This document shows, one piece after another, positions 26,596 through 35,215 of a stretch of DNA of 41,956 nt (the first letter of the stretch is position 1; each line of letters begins with the position of its first letter). Position numbers and translations under genes: made by a program. This DNA comes from Candidatus Iainarchaeum sp. (GTDB taxonomy: Archaea; Iainarchaeota; Iainarchaeia; Iainarchaeales; JAAZKV01): contig JAQVAR010000001.1 of NCBI GenBank assembly GCA_028690725.1, forward strand, positions 1 to 41,956. The letters run 5' to 3'. The notes beneath the pieces were generated by a model. The model worked only from the letters and a program-made list of their open reading frames with translations. It did not search any database and was not told the DNA's origin.

Positions 26596-26636
26596 CCTGC
26601 ACTAGAAAAATTTTTTATTTTTTTGCTTTGCAAAAG
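26596..26636. repeat. 41-bp direct repeat, copy 1 (CCTGCACTAGAAAAATTTTTTATTTTTTTGCTTTGCAAAAG); contains the hairpin TTTTGC-TTT-GCAAAA
   Basis: 40/41 identical to 26784..26824. A third copy of the hairpin alone (CTTTTGCTTTGCAAAAG) lies at 26578..26594. Confidence 0.85.
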
Positions 26637-26651
26637 ACTTGTAATAAAAAA

Positions 26652-26785
26652 CTTTTCCGTGAACGCTTTTCAAAAGAAAAGAGTTCTTAAACCAAAAAAA
26701 CTTTTCCGTGAACGCTTTTCAAAAGAAAAGAGTTCTTAAACCAAAAAAACTTTTCCGTGAACGCTTTTCAAAAGAAAAGGGTTCC
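26652..26785. repeat. 49-bp tandem repeat, about 2.7 copies (CTTTTCCGTGAACGCTTTTCAAAAGAAAAGAGTTCTTAAACCAAAAAAA)
   Basis: Units start at 26652, 26701 and 26750. Copies 1 and 2 are identical by eye; copy 3 diverges after about 30 nt. Each unit carries the inverted repeat CTTTTC-AAAA-GAAAAG. Confidence 0.9.
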
Positions 26786-26824
26786 TACACTAGAAAAATT
26801 TTTTATTTTTTTGCTTTGCAAAAG
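26784..26824. repeat. 41-bp direct repeat, copy 2
   Basis: CCTACACTAGAAAAATTTTTTATTTTTTTGCTTTGCAAAAG. Flanks the far side of the 49-bp array. Confidence 0.85.
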
Positions 26825-26928
26825 TAATCAATAATATAAAAAGTAATCAAAATAATTTTAAAAACACGTAACAAAGATTAATCCAACAATATTTTAAAAA
26901 AAATGTTTTTTTATTCAAAAATAAAAAA

Positions 26929-27633
26929 TTATTTTCCAAACCTTCTCTGCCTATTATTATAATCATCAATAATTTTTTCAACATCATTTTGTTGAATTTG
27001 TGGCCAATATTTGTTAATAAATGCTAATTCGGAATAAGCTGATTGGTAAGTCAAAAAACCAGATAATCTTTTTTCATTAGAAGTTCTAATAATAATATCC
27101 GGTTCTTTGAAATCAGCATATAAATATTTTTTGAATGATTCTGTTGAAAGAGTTTCTGGAAGAATCTTTTGTTTTTGAACATCAATAGCAAATTTTTGAG
27201 CAGCATCAATAATTTCTGTCTGACCATCATAACCAAGAGCAAGATTAATTGTTCTATCCTTGAATTGAGAAGAGTACTTTTCAGCATCACGCATTTTTTG
27301 CTGAATCCTTTTTGGAAATTGTTCTCTTCTACCAATAAATTTTAAAGCAATACCATTATCTTGTAATATTTTTTGATCTTTAATCTTATTCAACTCTTTT
27401 TCAAAGATTCGCATTAAAATCTTTAATTCTAAACTAGATCTTTGAAAATTTTTTAAAGAAAAAGTATAAAAAGTACCAACCCTAATAGAAGGATATTTTG
27501 TGAGCCAATCAAGAACCTCCCAAGCCTTTTTAGTACCTATAGAATAACTTTCTAAAAGAGAAATCTTAGACAATTTTGCAAAACGCCTATTACCGTCTGG
27601 AATAAAAGCAATTGATTCTAACAATAAAAACAC
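26929..27633 (-). CDS. uppS: cis-Prenyltransferase (undecaprenyl/polyprenyl diphosphate synthase family)
   Basis: IAFIPDGNRRFAK, LALGYDGQTEI, IIRTSNEKRLSGFLTYQSAYSELAFINKYWPQ. The start is GTG (27633) or the TTG at 27624, which follows an AAGGTG Shine-Dalgarno motif. Confidence 0.85.
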   Translation of the reverse strand: MFLLLESIAFIPDGNRRFAKLSKISLLESYSIGTKKAWEVLDWLTKYPSIRVGTFYTFSLKNFQRSSLELKILMRIFEKELNKIKDQKILQDNGIALKFIGRREQFPKRIQQKMRDAEKYSSQFKDRTINLALGYDGQTEIIDAAQKFAIDVQKQKILPETLSTESFKKYLYADFKEPDIIIRTSNEKRLSGFLTYQSAYSELAFINKYWPQIQQNDVEKIIDDYNNRQRRFGK

Positions 27634-27790
27634 CTTATAATAATATTAAAAGAGGTTAGTTTTATTTAAAAAATGTGTTGGTACAAAATGTCAAACAAAA
27701 TGATTAAAAACAAATAAAACAAGATAATTAATAATTCTAAAAAAATAATTATTATATAAATAAATTGTTATTTTGGGCTGGTGGAAAAAA

Positions 27791-28303
27791 ATGGATTTTG
27801 TAAAAACAAAAGAAATATTAAAAACAATAAAAGAGTTAAAAAAGGATTCAAAAAAAACTATTCTAAAAACATTGGATTTGGCTGAAAATATTGAGATTAC
27901 AAGCAAAGAATTTTATGAAAAAGAAGCTAAGAAAAATAATGGAAATGAATTAGAATCTTTTTTTTTATTCCTAAAAAAAGAAGAAGAAATGCATTTAGAA
28001 AAAATAAGAGAATTACAAGAAATGTTAAAAAGCAAAAAAGAATTGAAAAAAATTAAATTTTCTAATAATATTGGGAAAAAAATAATTAATACTAAGATAG
28101 GAAAAGAAGAAATGACAGTATTATTATACGCGTTATGGAGAGAAAAACAAGCACAAGAATTTTATGAAAAAGCAGGAAAAAAAACTATTGGAATAATAAA
28201 AGAATTTTTTGAAGAATTAACAAAATTTGAAAAAGAACATGTTTTATTATTAGAAGAATATGTAGAATCAATGGGTAATGTGAAAGAACTAATAATGGGA
28301 TAA
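27791..28303 (+). CDS. Ferritin-like / rubrerythrin-family di-iron-type protein
   Basis: Two-fold repeat EFYEKEAKK...EEEMHLEKI and EFYEKAGKK...EKEHVLLLEEY (E...ExxH twice). The ATG at 27791 follows GGTGG; the track start at 27773 is TTG. Confidence 0.6.
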   Translation: MDFVKTKEILKTIKELKKDSKKTILKTLDLAENIEITSKEFYEKEAKKNNGNELESFFLFLKKEEEMHLEKIRELQEMLKSKKELKKIKFSNNIGKKIINTKIGKEEMTVLLYALWREKQAQEFYEKAGKKTIGIIKEFFEELTKFEKEHVLLLEEYVESMGNVKELIMG

Positions 28304-28304
28304 A

Positions 28305-28910
28305 ATGAAATACAAAAAAGAAATAAGAAGAGCATTAAAAGAATTCAAAAACAATTGGAAAAAAAGCGAAAAAATTTTTGAAGAAATGTGTTATTGTATT
28401 TTGACACCACAAAGCACAGCAAGAGGAGCAATGAAAAGCATAGAATTATTAAAAAAACATAATTTGTTGGACAAAGGTTCTTATAAAGAAAAAGAAAATT
28501 TTTTAAAAACTATTAGATTTTATAAAACAAAGGCAAAAAGATTAGAAGAAGTTCAAACAAAATTTCCAAAAGAAAAAATAAAAAATATTTTAAAAAAAAA
28601 TGGTTTGCCAAAAAAACCATTACAAACAAGAGAATTTTTGTTAAAAGAAGTTAATGGATTTGGAATGAAAGAAGCAAGTCATTTTTTGAGAAATATTGGT
28701 TTTTATGAAGAAATATCCATATTAGATAGACACATATTAAAAAATTTGGTTAAATACAATATAATAAAAGAAATACCAAAAAATCTTAGTAAAAAAAAGT
28801 ATTTGGAAATAGAAGAAAAAATGAAAAAATATTGCAAAAGAAAAAAAATTAATTTTTCTGAATTAGACCTAATATTTTGGAGTAATGAAACAAAAGAAGT
28901 ACTAAAATAA
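28305..28910 (+). CDS. ogg: N-glycosylase/DNA lyase (archaeal Ogg2-type 8-oxoguanine glycosylase, HhH-GPD)
   Basis: EEMCYCILTPQSTARGA and VNGFGMKEASHFLRNIGFYEEISILDRHILK (HhH, catalytic Lys, then Asp). Confidence 0.8.
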   Translation: MKYKKEIRRALKEFKNNWKKSEKIFEEMCYCILTPQSTARGAMKSIELLKKHNLLDKGSYKEKENFLKTIRFYKTKAKRLEEVQTKFPKEKIKNILKKNGLPKKPLQTREFLLKEVNGFGMKEASHFLRNIGFYEEISILDRHILKNLVKYNIIKEIPKNLSKKKYLEIEEKMKKYCKRKKINFSELDLIFWSNETKEVLK

Positions 28911-28994
28911 AAAGGATAATAAAAATTATCCAACCATTATCGTAAAATTTAAAAAAAGTTTTATAATAAAAATTTATTATTAAGAGGTGGTTTT

Positions 28995-29429
28995 ATGGAA
29001 AAAAAAGAAGTAGATTTTTATGATCCGTTCAGAGTAATGAAAAAGAACTTTTTAGAAGATTTTTTTGAACCAATTCAAAGTATTAAATTTCCAGAAGTAA
29101 GAATGCCATTAATTAATGTAATTGACAAAGGAAAAGAAATTAATATTAAAGTAGAATTGCCAGGAATAGACAAAGAAAATATTAATGTTGATGCACACGA
29201 AGATTATATTAAAATAGAAGCAAATACTAAAAAAGAAAAAAAAGAAAGTGAAAAAGATTATTACAGATATGAAATGAGAGCAAGTTCTTTTTCAAGAGCA
29301 ATACCTATGCCACAAAAAATAATAGCTGAAAAAGTAACCGGAAAACTAAACCAAGGAATACTAGAATTGAACGCACCAAAATTAAATCACAAAAAAGAAG
29401 AAAAAACAAAAAAAGTAAAAATACAATAA
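28995..29429 (+). CDS. hsp20: Small heat-shock protein (Hsp20/alpha-crystallin)
   Basis: PLINVIDKGKEINIKVELPGIDKENINVDAHEDYIKIEA ... FSRAIPMPQKI...GKLNQGILELNAPK. A GAGGTGG Shine-Dalgarno motif lies 4 nt upstream. Confidence 0.9.
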   Translation: MEKKEVDFYDPFRVMKKNFLEDFFEPIQSIKFPEVRMPLINVIDKGKEINIKVELPGIDKENINVDAHEDYIKIEANTKKEKKESEKDYYRYEMRASSFSRAIPMPQKIIAEKVTGKLNQGILELNAPKLNHKKEEKTKKVKIQ

Positions 29430-29443
29430 AAATCTATTTTTAC

Positions 29444-29473
29444 AGTGCCTCTAAAAGAGGCACTAAAGTTTTT
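29444..29473 (+). terminator. Hairpin AGTGCCTC-TAAAA-GAGGCACT followed by a T5 run
   Basis: 8-9 bp GC-containing perfect stem 15 nt after the hsp20 stop, then AAAGTTTTTATT. It stands out against the AT-rich background. Confidence 0.5.
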
Positions 29474-29497
29474 ATTCAGAAAAGCAATAATATATAC

Positions 29498-29683
29498 ATG
29501 GAAAATAGCAAAAATGACAAAATGGAAGAGATGATTCTTAATTTAAGAAAAAAGATGACAGAAATAGATGAAATGACTAAAGAATTAGAAAAAAAAAGAT
29601 TTTTAGAGAAAAAAAATAATCCAACAAAAACAAAAAAAATTTTAGAAGAAATAAAAGTACCCGCATTAGAATTATTAAAATAG
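29498..29683 (+). CDS. Hypothetical small K/E-rich coiled-coil protein (61 aa)
   Basis: The only evidence is the ORF and its tight spacing to the next gene. I recognise no motif. Confidence 0.35.
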   Translation: MENSKNDKMEEMILNLRKKMTEIDEMTKELEKKRFLEKKNNPTKTKKILEEIKVPALELLK

Positions 29684-29694
29684 GATTGGATTAT

Positions 29695-30036
29695 ATGTTA
29701 AAAGTAAATGAAAAGAAAATAGGAATAAAAGTCAGATTTGCAAACACTTCTTGGCAAAGATTGAAAGGACTAATGTTTGAAGACACAAAAAAATTTGATT
29801 ATGCATTAATATTTGATTTTCCAAAAGAAAGCATTATTGGTTGTTCAATACACATGATCTTTGTCTTCTTCCCAATAGATGTTTTATTTTTAAACAAAGA
29901 AAAGAAAGTTGTTGACAAAATAACATTATTACCTTTTACACCAAATTATACCCCAAAAAAACCAGCCAAATACGTTATTGAAATGCCAAATGAAAAAGCA
30001 AAAAAAATAAAAATAGGCGACAAAATAAGTTGGTAA
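29695..30036 (+). CDS. DUF192 (COG1430) family protein
   Basis: SWQRLKGLMF...YALIFDFPKES..IHMIFVFFPIDVLFLNKEKKVVD matches the DUF192 pattern (RxxGLM ... M ... piDiiF). The ATG at 29695 is preferred over the TTG at 29686. Confidence 0.7.
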   Translation: MLKVNEKKIGIKVRFANTSWQRLKGLMFEDTKKFDYALIFDFPKESIIGCSIHMIFVFFPIDVLFLNKEKKVVDKITLLPFTPNYTPKKPAKYVIEMPNEKAKKIKIGDKISW

Positions 30037-30056
30037 AAAAATAATTTTTTTAAGAA

Positions 30057-30088
30057 GAAAGAAAGCGATTAAAAAGATGCTTTCTTTC
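30057..30088 (+). terminator. 10-bp perfect hairpin GAAAGAAAGC-(12 nt)-GCTTTCTTTC followed by a pyrimidine-rich tract
   Basis: Read directly from the sequence, 20 nt after the DUF192 stop. Its function as a terminator is inferred. Confidence 0.35.
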
Positions 30089-30280
30089 CTCCTTTGCCTT
30101 CTTGCCTTTACCTATGTAACGTAGAAATCGGGGTGATAACCCAATGTTATAATAGAATAAGTAATATATAATGGTTAGTGGTTCGAAAAATTAACCATTT
30201 TAAAAATTTTTTAAAAAAAAATACGTTAATTGTCTTAATTTTAATTTATTTTTTAAAGTAGTTTTTTTTCAAATAATCAT

Positions 30281-31684
30281 ATGATGAATAACATTGGGTT
30301 TTGTGTTATTGAAACAGATTTTTCTAAACAAATTAGTATTTGTAAAAGTGGGCAAATTGTAAAAAAAAGGGACAAAAACTATTTTTTGTTAGATTTTCCA
30401 ATTTTCAATGAGAAAGAAAAAAAAATTTTTTCAAATATTTCTGAAAATTTAAAAGAAACAATAAAATATGTTAAAACAAAATCAGACATTTATTTTCTTA
30501 TAAAAGAATTTTGTTTAGAAAATTATGTGTTGTTAAAAAAAGAACAAAGAGAAAAAATTTCACTAGTTTTAGAATGGGAAATGCTAGGAAATAGCATTTT
30601 AGAACCATTATTGAAAGATCCTGATTTTGAAGAAATTGTTATCAATGGAAAAGATAAACCTTTAATGTTATACCATAATATTTTTGGTTGGCTTACAAGC
30701 AATATTTATTTTAATTCTGACGAAAAAATAAAAACAATAATAAACAAAATTTCTTCACCATTAGGAAGACAAATCAGTTTTAATAATCCAATTTTAAATG
30801 CAACTTTAAGTAATGGTTCAAGATTGAATGCTTCAATGGATCCAATAGCATTCACAGGAATAAATGTTACTATAAGAAAATTTAAAGAAAATCCTTTAAC
30901 ACCAACAAACATAATAAATTTTAACACTATTAACACAGAAGCAATGGCTTTTTTGTGGTTGGTAATGCAAACTTCATCCTCAATAATGGTTTGTGGAAAT
31001 ACTGGTTCTGGAAAAACGACTACATTAAATTCATTATTTTGTTTTTTGCCAAAAGATGAAAGAATTATAGTAGTAGAAGAGACCCCAGAAATTGTTTTAC
31101 CACAAGAACATATAGTAAAATTGAATACTGCAGAACAATTGAATATTGGATTAGAAAAACTAATAGAAAATACTTTTAGAATGAGACCAGACAGAGTAAT
31201 AGTTGGAGAAATTAGAAGTAAGAAAGAAGCACACGCATTCATTAATACCATGTTAGCAGGACAAGCAAAAGGAAGTTATGCTACTTTTCATGCTGAAAGT
31301 GCTGAAGATGCTTTAGAAAGACTAAATACTTTTGGTATTGAAAAAAATGCTTTGAAAACACTTGATTTAATAATAGTTCAAAAAAGAATTACAAAAATTG
31401 ATAACAAAAAAAGTAGGAGAGAAGAAAGAAAAATAACAGAAATATGTGAAGTAAAAAAAGATTGCGGAGAAATAAAATTAGAAAAATTATTTCTTTTGAA
31501 TTATTCTAACGGATTAATTGAATTAAAAAATGATTCTAAAAGATTGAAAGAAAAAATAAAACAAACTTTTTCTTGCAAAGAAAAAGAATATTACGAATTA
31601 TTAAAGGAAAAAGAACAAATTTTGAAAAATCTTGGAGAAGGAATTTCTTTCAAAGAATTTTTTGAACTGGCTTATAACGAATAA
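30281..31684 (+). CDS. Type II/IV secretion-family ATPase (archaeal type IV filament assembly ATPase, FlaI/EpdL/TadA-like)
   Basis: Walker A VCGNTGSGKTTTLNSL, Asp box RIIVVEETPEI, Walker B RPDRVIVGEIR, His box GSYATFHAES. Confidence 0.9.
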   Translation: MMNNIGFCVIETDFSKQISICKSGQIVKKRDKNYFLLDFPIFNEKEKKIFSNISENLKETIKYVKTKSDIYFLIKEFCLENYVLLKKEQREKISLVLEWEMLGNSILEPLLKDPDFEEIVINGKDKPLMLYHNIFGWLTSNIYFNSDEKIKTIINKISSPLGRQISFNNPILNATLSNGSRLNASMDPIAFTGINVTIRKFKENPLTPTNIINFNTINTEAMAFLWLVMQTSSSIMVCGNTGSGKTTTLNSLFCFLPKDERIIVVEETPEIVLPQEHIVKLNTAEQLNIGLEKLIENTFRMRPDRVIVGEIRSKKEAHAFINTMLAGQAKGSYATFHAESAEDALERLNTFGIEKNALKTLDLIIVQKRITKIDNKKSRREERKITEICEVKKDCGEIKLEKLFLLNYSNGLIELKNDSKRLKEKIKQTFSCKEKEYYELLKEKEQILKNLGEGISFKEFFELAYNE

Positions 31685-31721
31685 AGAATAAAAAAACAAA
31701 ATGATTAAATTCTTTTTAAAT

Positions 31722-33173
31722 TTAATAATCTTTTGCAATGTAAACTACTTTAGTGGCTTTTTTTCCACAAATAACACACTTTTTATTTCCAATAAAATTT
31801 TCTTTAACATCAATTCTTGTCCCCCTTATTTTTCCACCGGATTCTTTTTCAATTATTTCAGCACAACCCAAACCATCTTTTTCAACACTACAAAAATTTG
31901 CTCTTGCAATTCCTCTTCCAACAATTTTTTTTATTTCATTAATATTTTTAACATCTTTTATTAATCCATCAAAATTATTAATTGCTTTTTTCTTCAAATT
32001 TTTACTTAATTCAAAACCATTTTTTTCTATTTCTTTTAACAAATCTTTTTCATTAATTAAAACTTTTTTTTCTGTATCTCTTCTATATAATAAAAACTTT
32101 TTTTCTTTTAAATCACGAGGCCCTATTTCTATTCTTAGTGGAACGCCTTTCATTTCCCAATAATAAAATTTTTCTCCAGGTCTTTTATCACCATCATCTA
32201 ATTCAACTCTGTAATTAGCTTCTTCTAATTCTTTTTTAAATTTAAAAGCTTTTTTTAAAACATTTGGATCTTTTTCTGAAAGAATAGGAATAATTACTAT
32301 TTGTTTTGGTGCTATTTCAAAAGGAAATTTTAATCCTTTATTATCACCATGAGTTAATATTACCGAAGCCATTATTCTTGAAATACAAGGTCCATAACAA
32401 GTTGTAAAAGGAGTTTTTTCAACCTCATTTTTATCAAAATATTTTACTCCAAAAACTTTTGGAAAATGATTATTTATCATGTGTGTGCTAGGCTGTTGTA
32501 CCACTCTTCCTTGAGGAGTAATAGCGTCAGCACCAAATGTTCTTCCAGCACCAGCAAATTTATCCCAAGCTGGTCTTTCAAAAACAATTGTTGGAACACC
32601 AAATATTTCAAAAACAACTCGCTTAGTAGTTTCAATATCATCTAAAACGCTTTGAAAAGCCTCTTCTTTTGTTTCAAAAGCACAGTGGGTTTCAATCCAA
32701 TAAAATTCTCTTGATCTCAAAAAAGGCCTTGTTGATTTTGTTTCATACCTATAAACATTTGCTCTTTGATATGTTTTAAAAGGCAAATCTTTATAAGAAC
32801 GAATCCATAATGAAAACATTGTATAAAAAGCTGTTTCAGAAGTTGGTCTGAGAGCTAATCTTTCTTCTAATTTTTCGTTACCACCTTTTTCAACCCAAAA
32901 AACTTCAGGAGTAAAACCAGCAATGTGTTCTGATTCTTTTTGAAAATATGATTCTGGAATCAAAGAGGGAAACCAATAATTTTTGTGACCTCTTTTTTTC
33001 AAATCTTTTTCAAAAAAATCATACATTAGCTCCATGCATTCAACGCTCCAAGGTTGAAAAACAAGAGCCCCTTTAACACCATACCTGATATCTGCTAGTT
33101 CTGCTTGTTTTATTATTTCAGTATACCATTCGCTTGGTTTTTCAGAATAATCAGGTAATTTTTGAACAGCCAT
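31722..33173 (-). CDS. proS: Proline--tRNA ligase (archaeal/eukaryotic type)
   Basis: PSEWYTEIIKQAELADIRYGVKGALVFQPWS, class II motifs (FRSREFYWIETH, GRVVQQPSTH), C-terminal Cys cluster and terminal Tyr (...CVICGKKATKVVYIAKDY). The ATG at 33171-33173 is preferred over the TTG at 33197. Confidence 0.95.
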   Translation of the reverse strand: MAVQKLPDYSEKPSEWYTEIIKQAELADIRYGVKGALVFQPWSVECMELMYDFFEKDLKKRGHKNYWFPSLIPESYFQKESEHIAGFTPEVFWVEKGGNEKLEERLALRPTSETAFYTMFSLWIRSYKDLPFKTYQRANVYRYETKSTRPFLRSREFYWIETHCAFETKEEAFQSVLDDIETTKRVVFEIFGVPTIVFERPAWDKFAGAGRTFGADAITPQGRVVQQPSTHMINNHFPKVFGVKYFDKNEVEKTPFTTCYGPCISRIMASVILTHGDNKGLKFPFEIAPKQIVIIPILSEKDPNVLKKAFKFKKELEEANYRVELDDGDKRPGEKFYYWEMKGVPLRIEIGPRDLKEKKFLLYRRDTEKKVLINEKDLLKEIEKNGFELSKNLKKKAINNFDGLIKDVKNINEIKKIVGRGIARANFCSVEKDGLGCAEIIEKESGGKIRGTRIDVKENFIGNKKCVICGKKATKVVYIAKDY

Positions 33174-33320
33174 TAAAACCAATAAAATTGAACACAAAAA
33201 GGGTTTTAAAGATTGTTTTTCAATTGAAAAAGCTTATTCAAAATTAGCAATATTAAAATTTGTTCAGACAATTGACGATTTTCTACAATATTTTTTAAAT
33301 GATAAAAAAATGTTTTTTTT

Positions 33321-34154
33321 ATGAAAAAAGAAAAAAAGGATGAAAAAAATATTGAATTAATTAAAAATATTTCAAAAAAATCAATTGTAAAAGAAAAAAT
33401 TTTGAAAAAAGCAAATGTTAGAGAAAAAGAATTTGAAAATTATAAAAAAAAATGTTTTTCTTATAGTATTATTTTTTCTCTTTTTGTATTAATGTTTAGT
33501 TGGTTATATTTATATGATATTATTTTAAGTTTTGGAATAATGTTTTTTGTATTTACAATAATTTTTTTAATTGGAATAAATTTACCATTTATTAAACACA
33601 AAAAATATACTAAAAAAATTGAATCAGAAACAGCTGGTTTTTTAACAAACCTTATTATTGAATTAAAAGTTGGAAAAGATTTGTTAAGTGCTATTAAAAA
33701 ATGTTCTTTAGAAAAAGAAAATATTGCAAAAGAATATGGGGTTGTTCTAAACCTTGTTGAAAATGGATTATCTTTTAGAGAAGCACTCTTATTAATGAAC
33801 AAAAAATTTAATTCTTTGAATATAAAACGAACAAATAGTAATTTGTATAATATTTATCAACATGGGAATGATGTTTTTGGATTGAAAAAATTTGCTGATG
33901 AACTATTGTTAAGACAAAGAATTGAAAGTAAAGAATTTGGTGGAAAATTAGTTGTGTATGCGTTAGTTTTTATTGCTGTTTCAGCCATTGTTCCAGCAAT
34001 GTTCGCGAGCTTTATTCTAATAGGGAGTTATTTTATGCAAATACAATTTAGCGCATTACAAATTTTTTTTATATTAGTAATATTGTTTCCAATAATAGAT
34101 TTGTGTGTTTTGATATCAATCAATTCAAAAACACCAATATTTTTGAGGAGATAA
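33321..34154 (+). CDS. Type IV filament platform protein with a single T2SSF domain (TadB/TadC/EpdJ-K-like)
   Basis: Transmembrane hairpin, a soluble helical domain (FLTNLIIELKVGKDLLSAIKKCS...ENGLSFREALLLMNKKF), then two C-terminal transmembrane segments. This is the GspF/TadC half-protein topology. Confidence 0.7.
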   Translation: MKKEKKDEKNIELIKNISKKSIVKEKILKKANVREKEFENYKKKCFSYSIIFSLFVLMFSWLYLYDIILSFGIMFFVFTIIFLIGINLPFIKHKKYTKKIESETAGFLTNLIIELKVGKDLLSAIKKCSLEKENIAKEYGVVLNLVENGLSFREALLLMNKKFNSLNIKRTNSNLYNIYQHGNDVFGLKKFADELLLRQRIESKEFGGKLVVYALVFIAVSAIVPAMFASFILIGSYFMQIQFSALQIFFILVILFPIIDLCVLISINSKTPIFLRR

Positions 34155-34207
34155 ATTAATCAAAATATTTTGATTTGAATTTTATTGTTTATTAAGAGTT
34201 GATTTGA

Positions 34208-35149
34208 TTGGATGCAGTAGATTTTTTTAAAAATTTTTTTGAAATTATTTTTGGAAAAGAAAAAATAATTAATTTTGAAGATACTCTAATTGTAAATGAA
34301 TCAAGATTCAAAAAAATAGAAAAATTTATTTTTGCTTGTGTTTTAGAAGGAATTTTTCTAACTATTTTTTCAATGATCATATTATTTTTTATTAACTTTG
34401 AAATAAACAAAACAATTTTTATTTCAATACTAATTTTTTTTGTTCCTTTTTTAATAAATTTTTTGTGGCAAGATCTTTTTTTTGAAAAGAGAAAAAGAAA
34501 AAAAGAATCTTTATTACCAGAGTTTTTGTTAGAAGTAAGCGTTTTTTGTGATGAAAATTCAATAATAAAAAATGTTGAAAAAATGAGTAAAATTGATATT
34601 TCTTTAATAAAAAATGATTTTGAAAGGGTTGATAGAGAAATAAAAAATGGTTCAAGTGTAAAAGAATCTTTTGAAAGAATGAAAAAATTAAATAAAAGTA
34701 AAACTATTAACAGAGTAATAGATATTTTTTTACAATGTTATGAAAATGGTTTAAAAATGTCTTTCTTATTAAAAGAAACTGCTGAAGATTTGATGGAAAA
34801 TAATGCTATTTTGAAAGAACAACAAGCAGTAATGCTTGTAACAAAATATACTTTGTTATTATCATCAGCATTAATTGTTCCAAGTATTTTGGGAATAATA
34901 ATTGGTTTGGTTAATAATCTTAATTTTGATTTTGCAGAAGGATTTGAAATTGGTTTAAGTGCTGTTGAAAAAAAAGAACTTTTTTCATTTTCTGTGTTAG
35001 GAACCACAATATATATTATAGAATTTGCTTTGCTAAGCAGTTTTTTCTTGGGCTTACAAGAGGGAAACAAAAAACAATTTTGGATTTATGCAATGATAAT
35101 TGTTCCAATTGCATTAATTTGTTTTTTTCTAGCACAAACAATGGGTTAA
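34208..35149 (+). CDS. Second single-T2SSF-domain platform protein (TadC/EpdJ-K-like)
   Basis: Same topology. LPEFLLEVSVFCDENSIIKNVEKMS...IKNGSSVKESFERMKK...IDIFLQCYENG. TTG start; no in-frame ATG nearby. Confidence 0.65.
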   Translation: MDAVDFFKNFFEIIFGKEKIINFEDTLIVNESRFKKIEKFIFACVLEGIFLTIFSMIILFFINFEINKTIFISILIFFVPFLINFLWQDLFFEKRKRKKESLLPEFLLEVSVFCDENSIIKNVEKMSKIDISLIKNDFERVDREIKNGSSVKESFERMKKLNKSKTINRVIDIFLQCYENGLKMSFLLKETAEDLMENNAILKEQQAVMLVTKYTLLLSSALIVPSILGIIIGLVNNLNFDFAEGFEIGLSAVEKKELFSFSVLGTTIYIIEFALLSSFFLGLQEGNKKQFWIYAMIIVPIALICFFLAQTMG

Positions 35150-35215
35150 GTTTATTAACAACTTAAAACCTAAAATTGTCATCAAGGAATTAGAAATTTT
35201 TTTAATGGTGAATTA

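Noticed and set aside
26508-26690. 60-aa ORF in the track.
   Set aside because: It overlaps the antisense strand of tRNA-Gln and runs through the hairpin and tandem-repeat array. It has no Shine-Dalgarno motif and is repeat-derived sequence.
26652-26785. Possible CRISPR array.
   Set aside because: The 49-bp units are directly adjacent with no unique spacers, and there are only about 2.7 copies. No cas genes or leader are nearby. It is a plain tandem repeat.
26459-26928. Integrated mobile element using tRNA-Gln as its att site.
   Set aside because: There is no integrase or phage/plasmid gene next to the tRNA. I saw no duplicated copy of the tRNA 3' end. The neighbours are uppS and a chromosomal surface-protein gene.
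30100-30210. Possible small RNA in the DUF192-ATPase gap. Candidates were a C/D-box-like GTGATAA, a T-loop-like GGTTCGAAA, and the hairpin AATGGTTA...TAACCATT.
   Set aside because: The C-box candidate has a mismatch and there is no downstream CTGA D box. The GGTTCGAAA is not flanked by a T stem or any other tRNA arm. Only a generic 8-bp hairpin remains.
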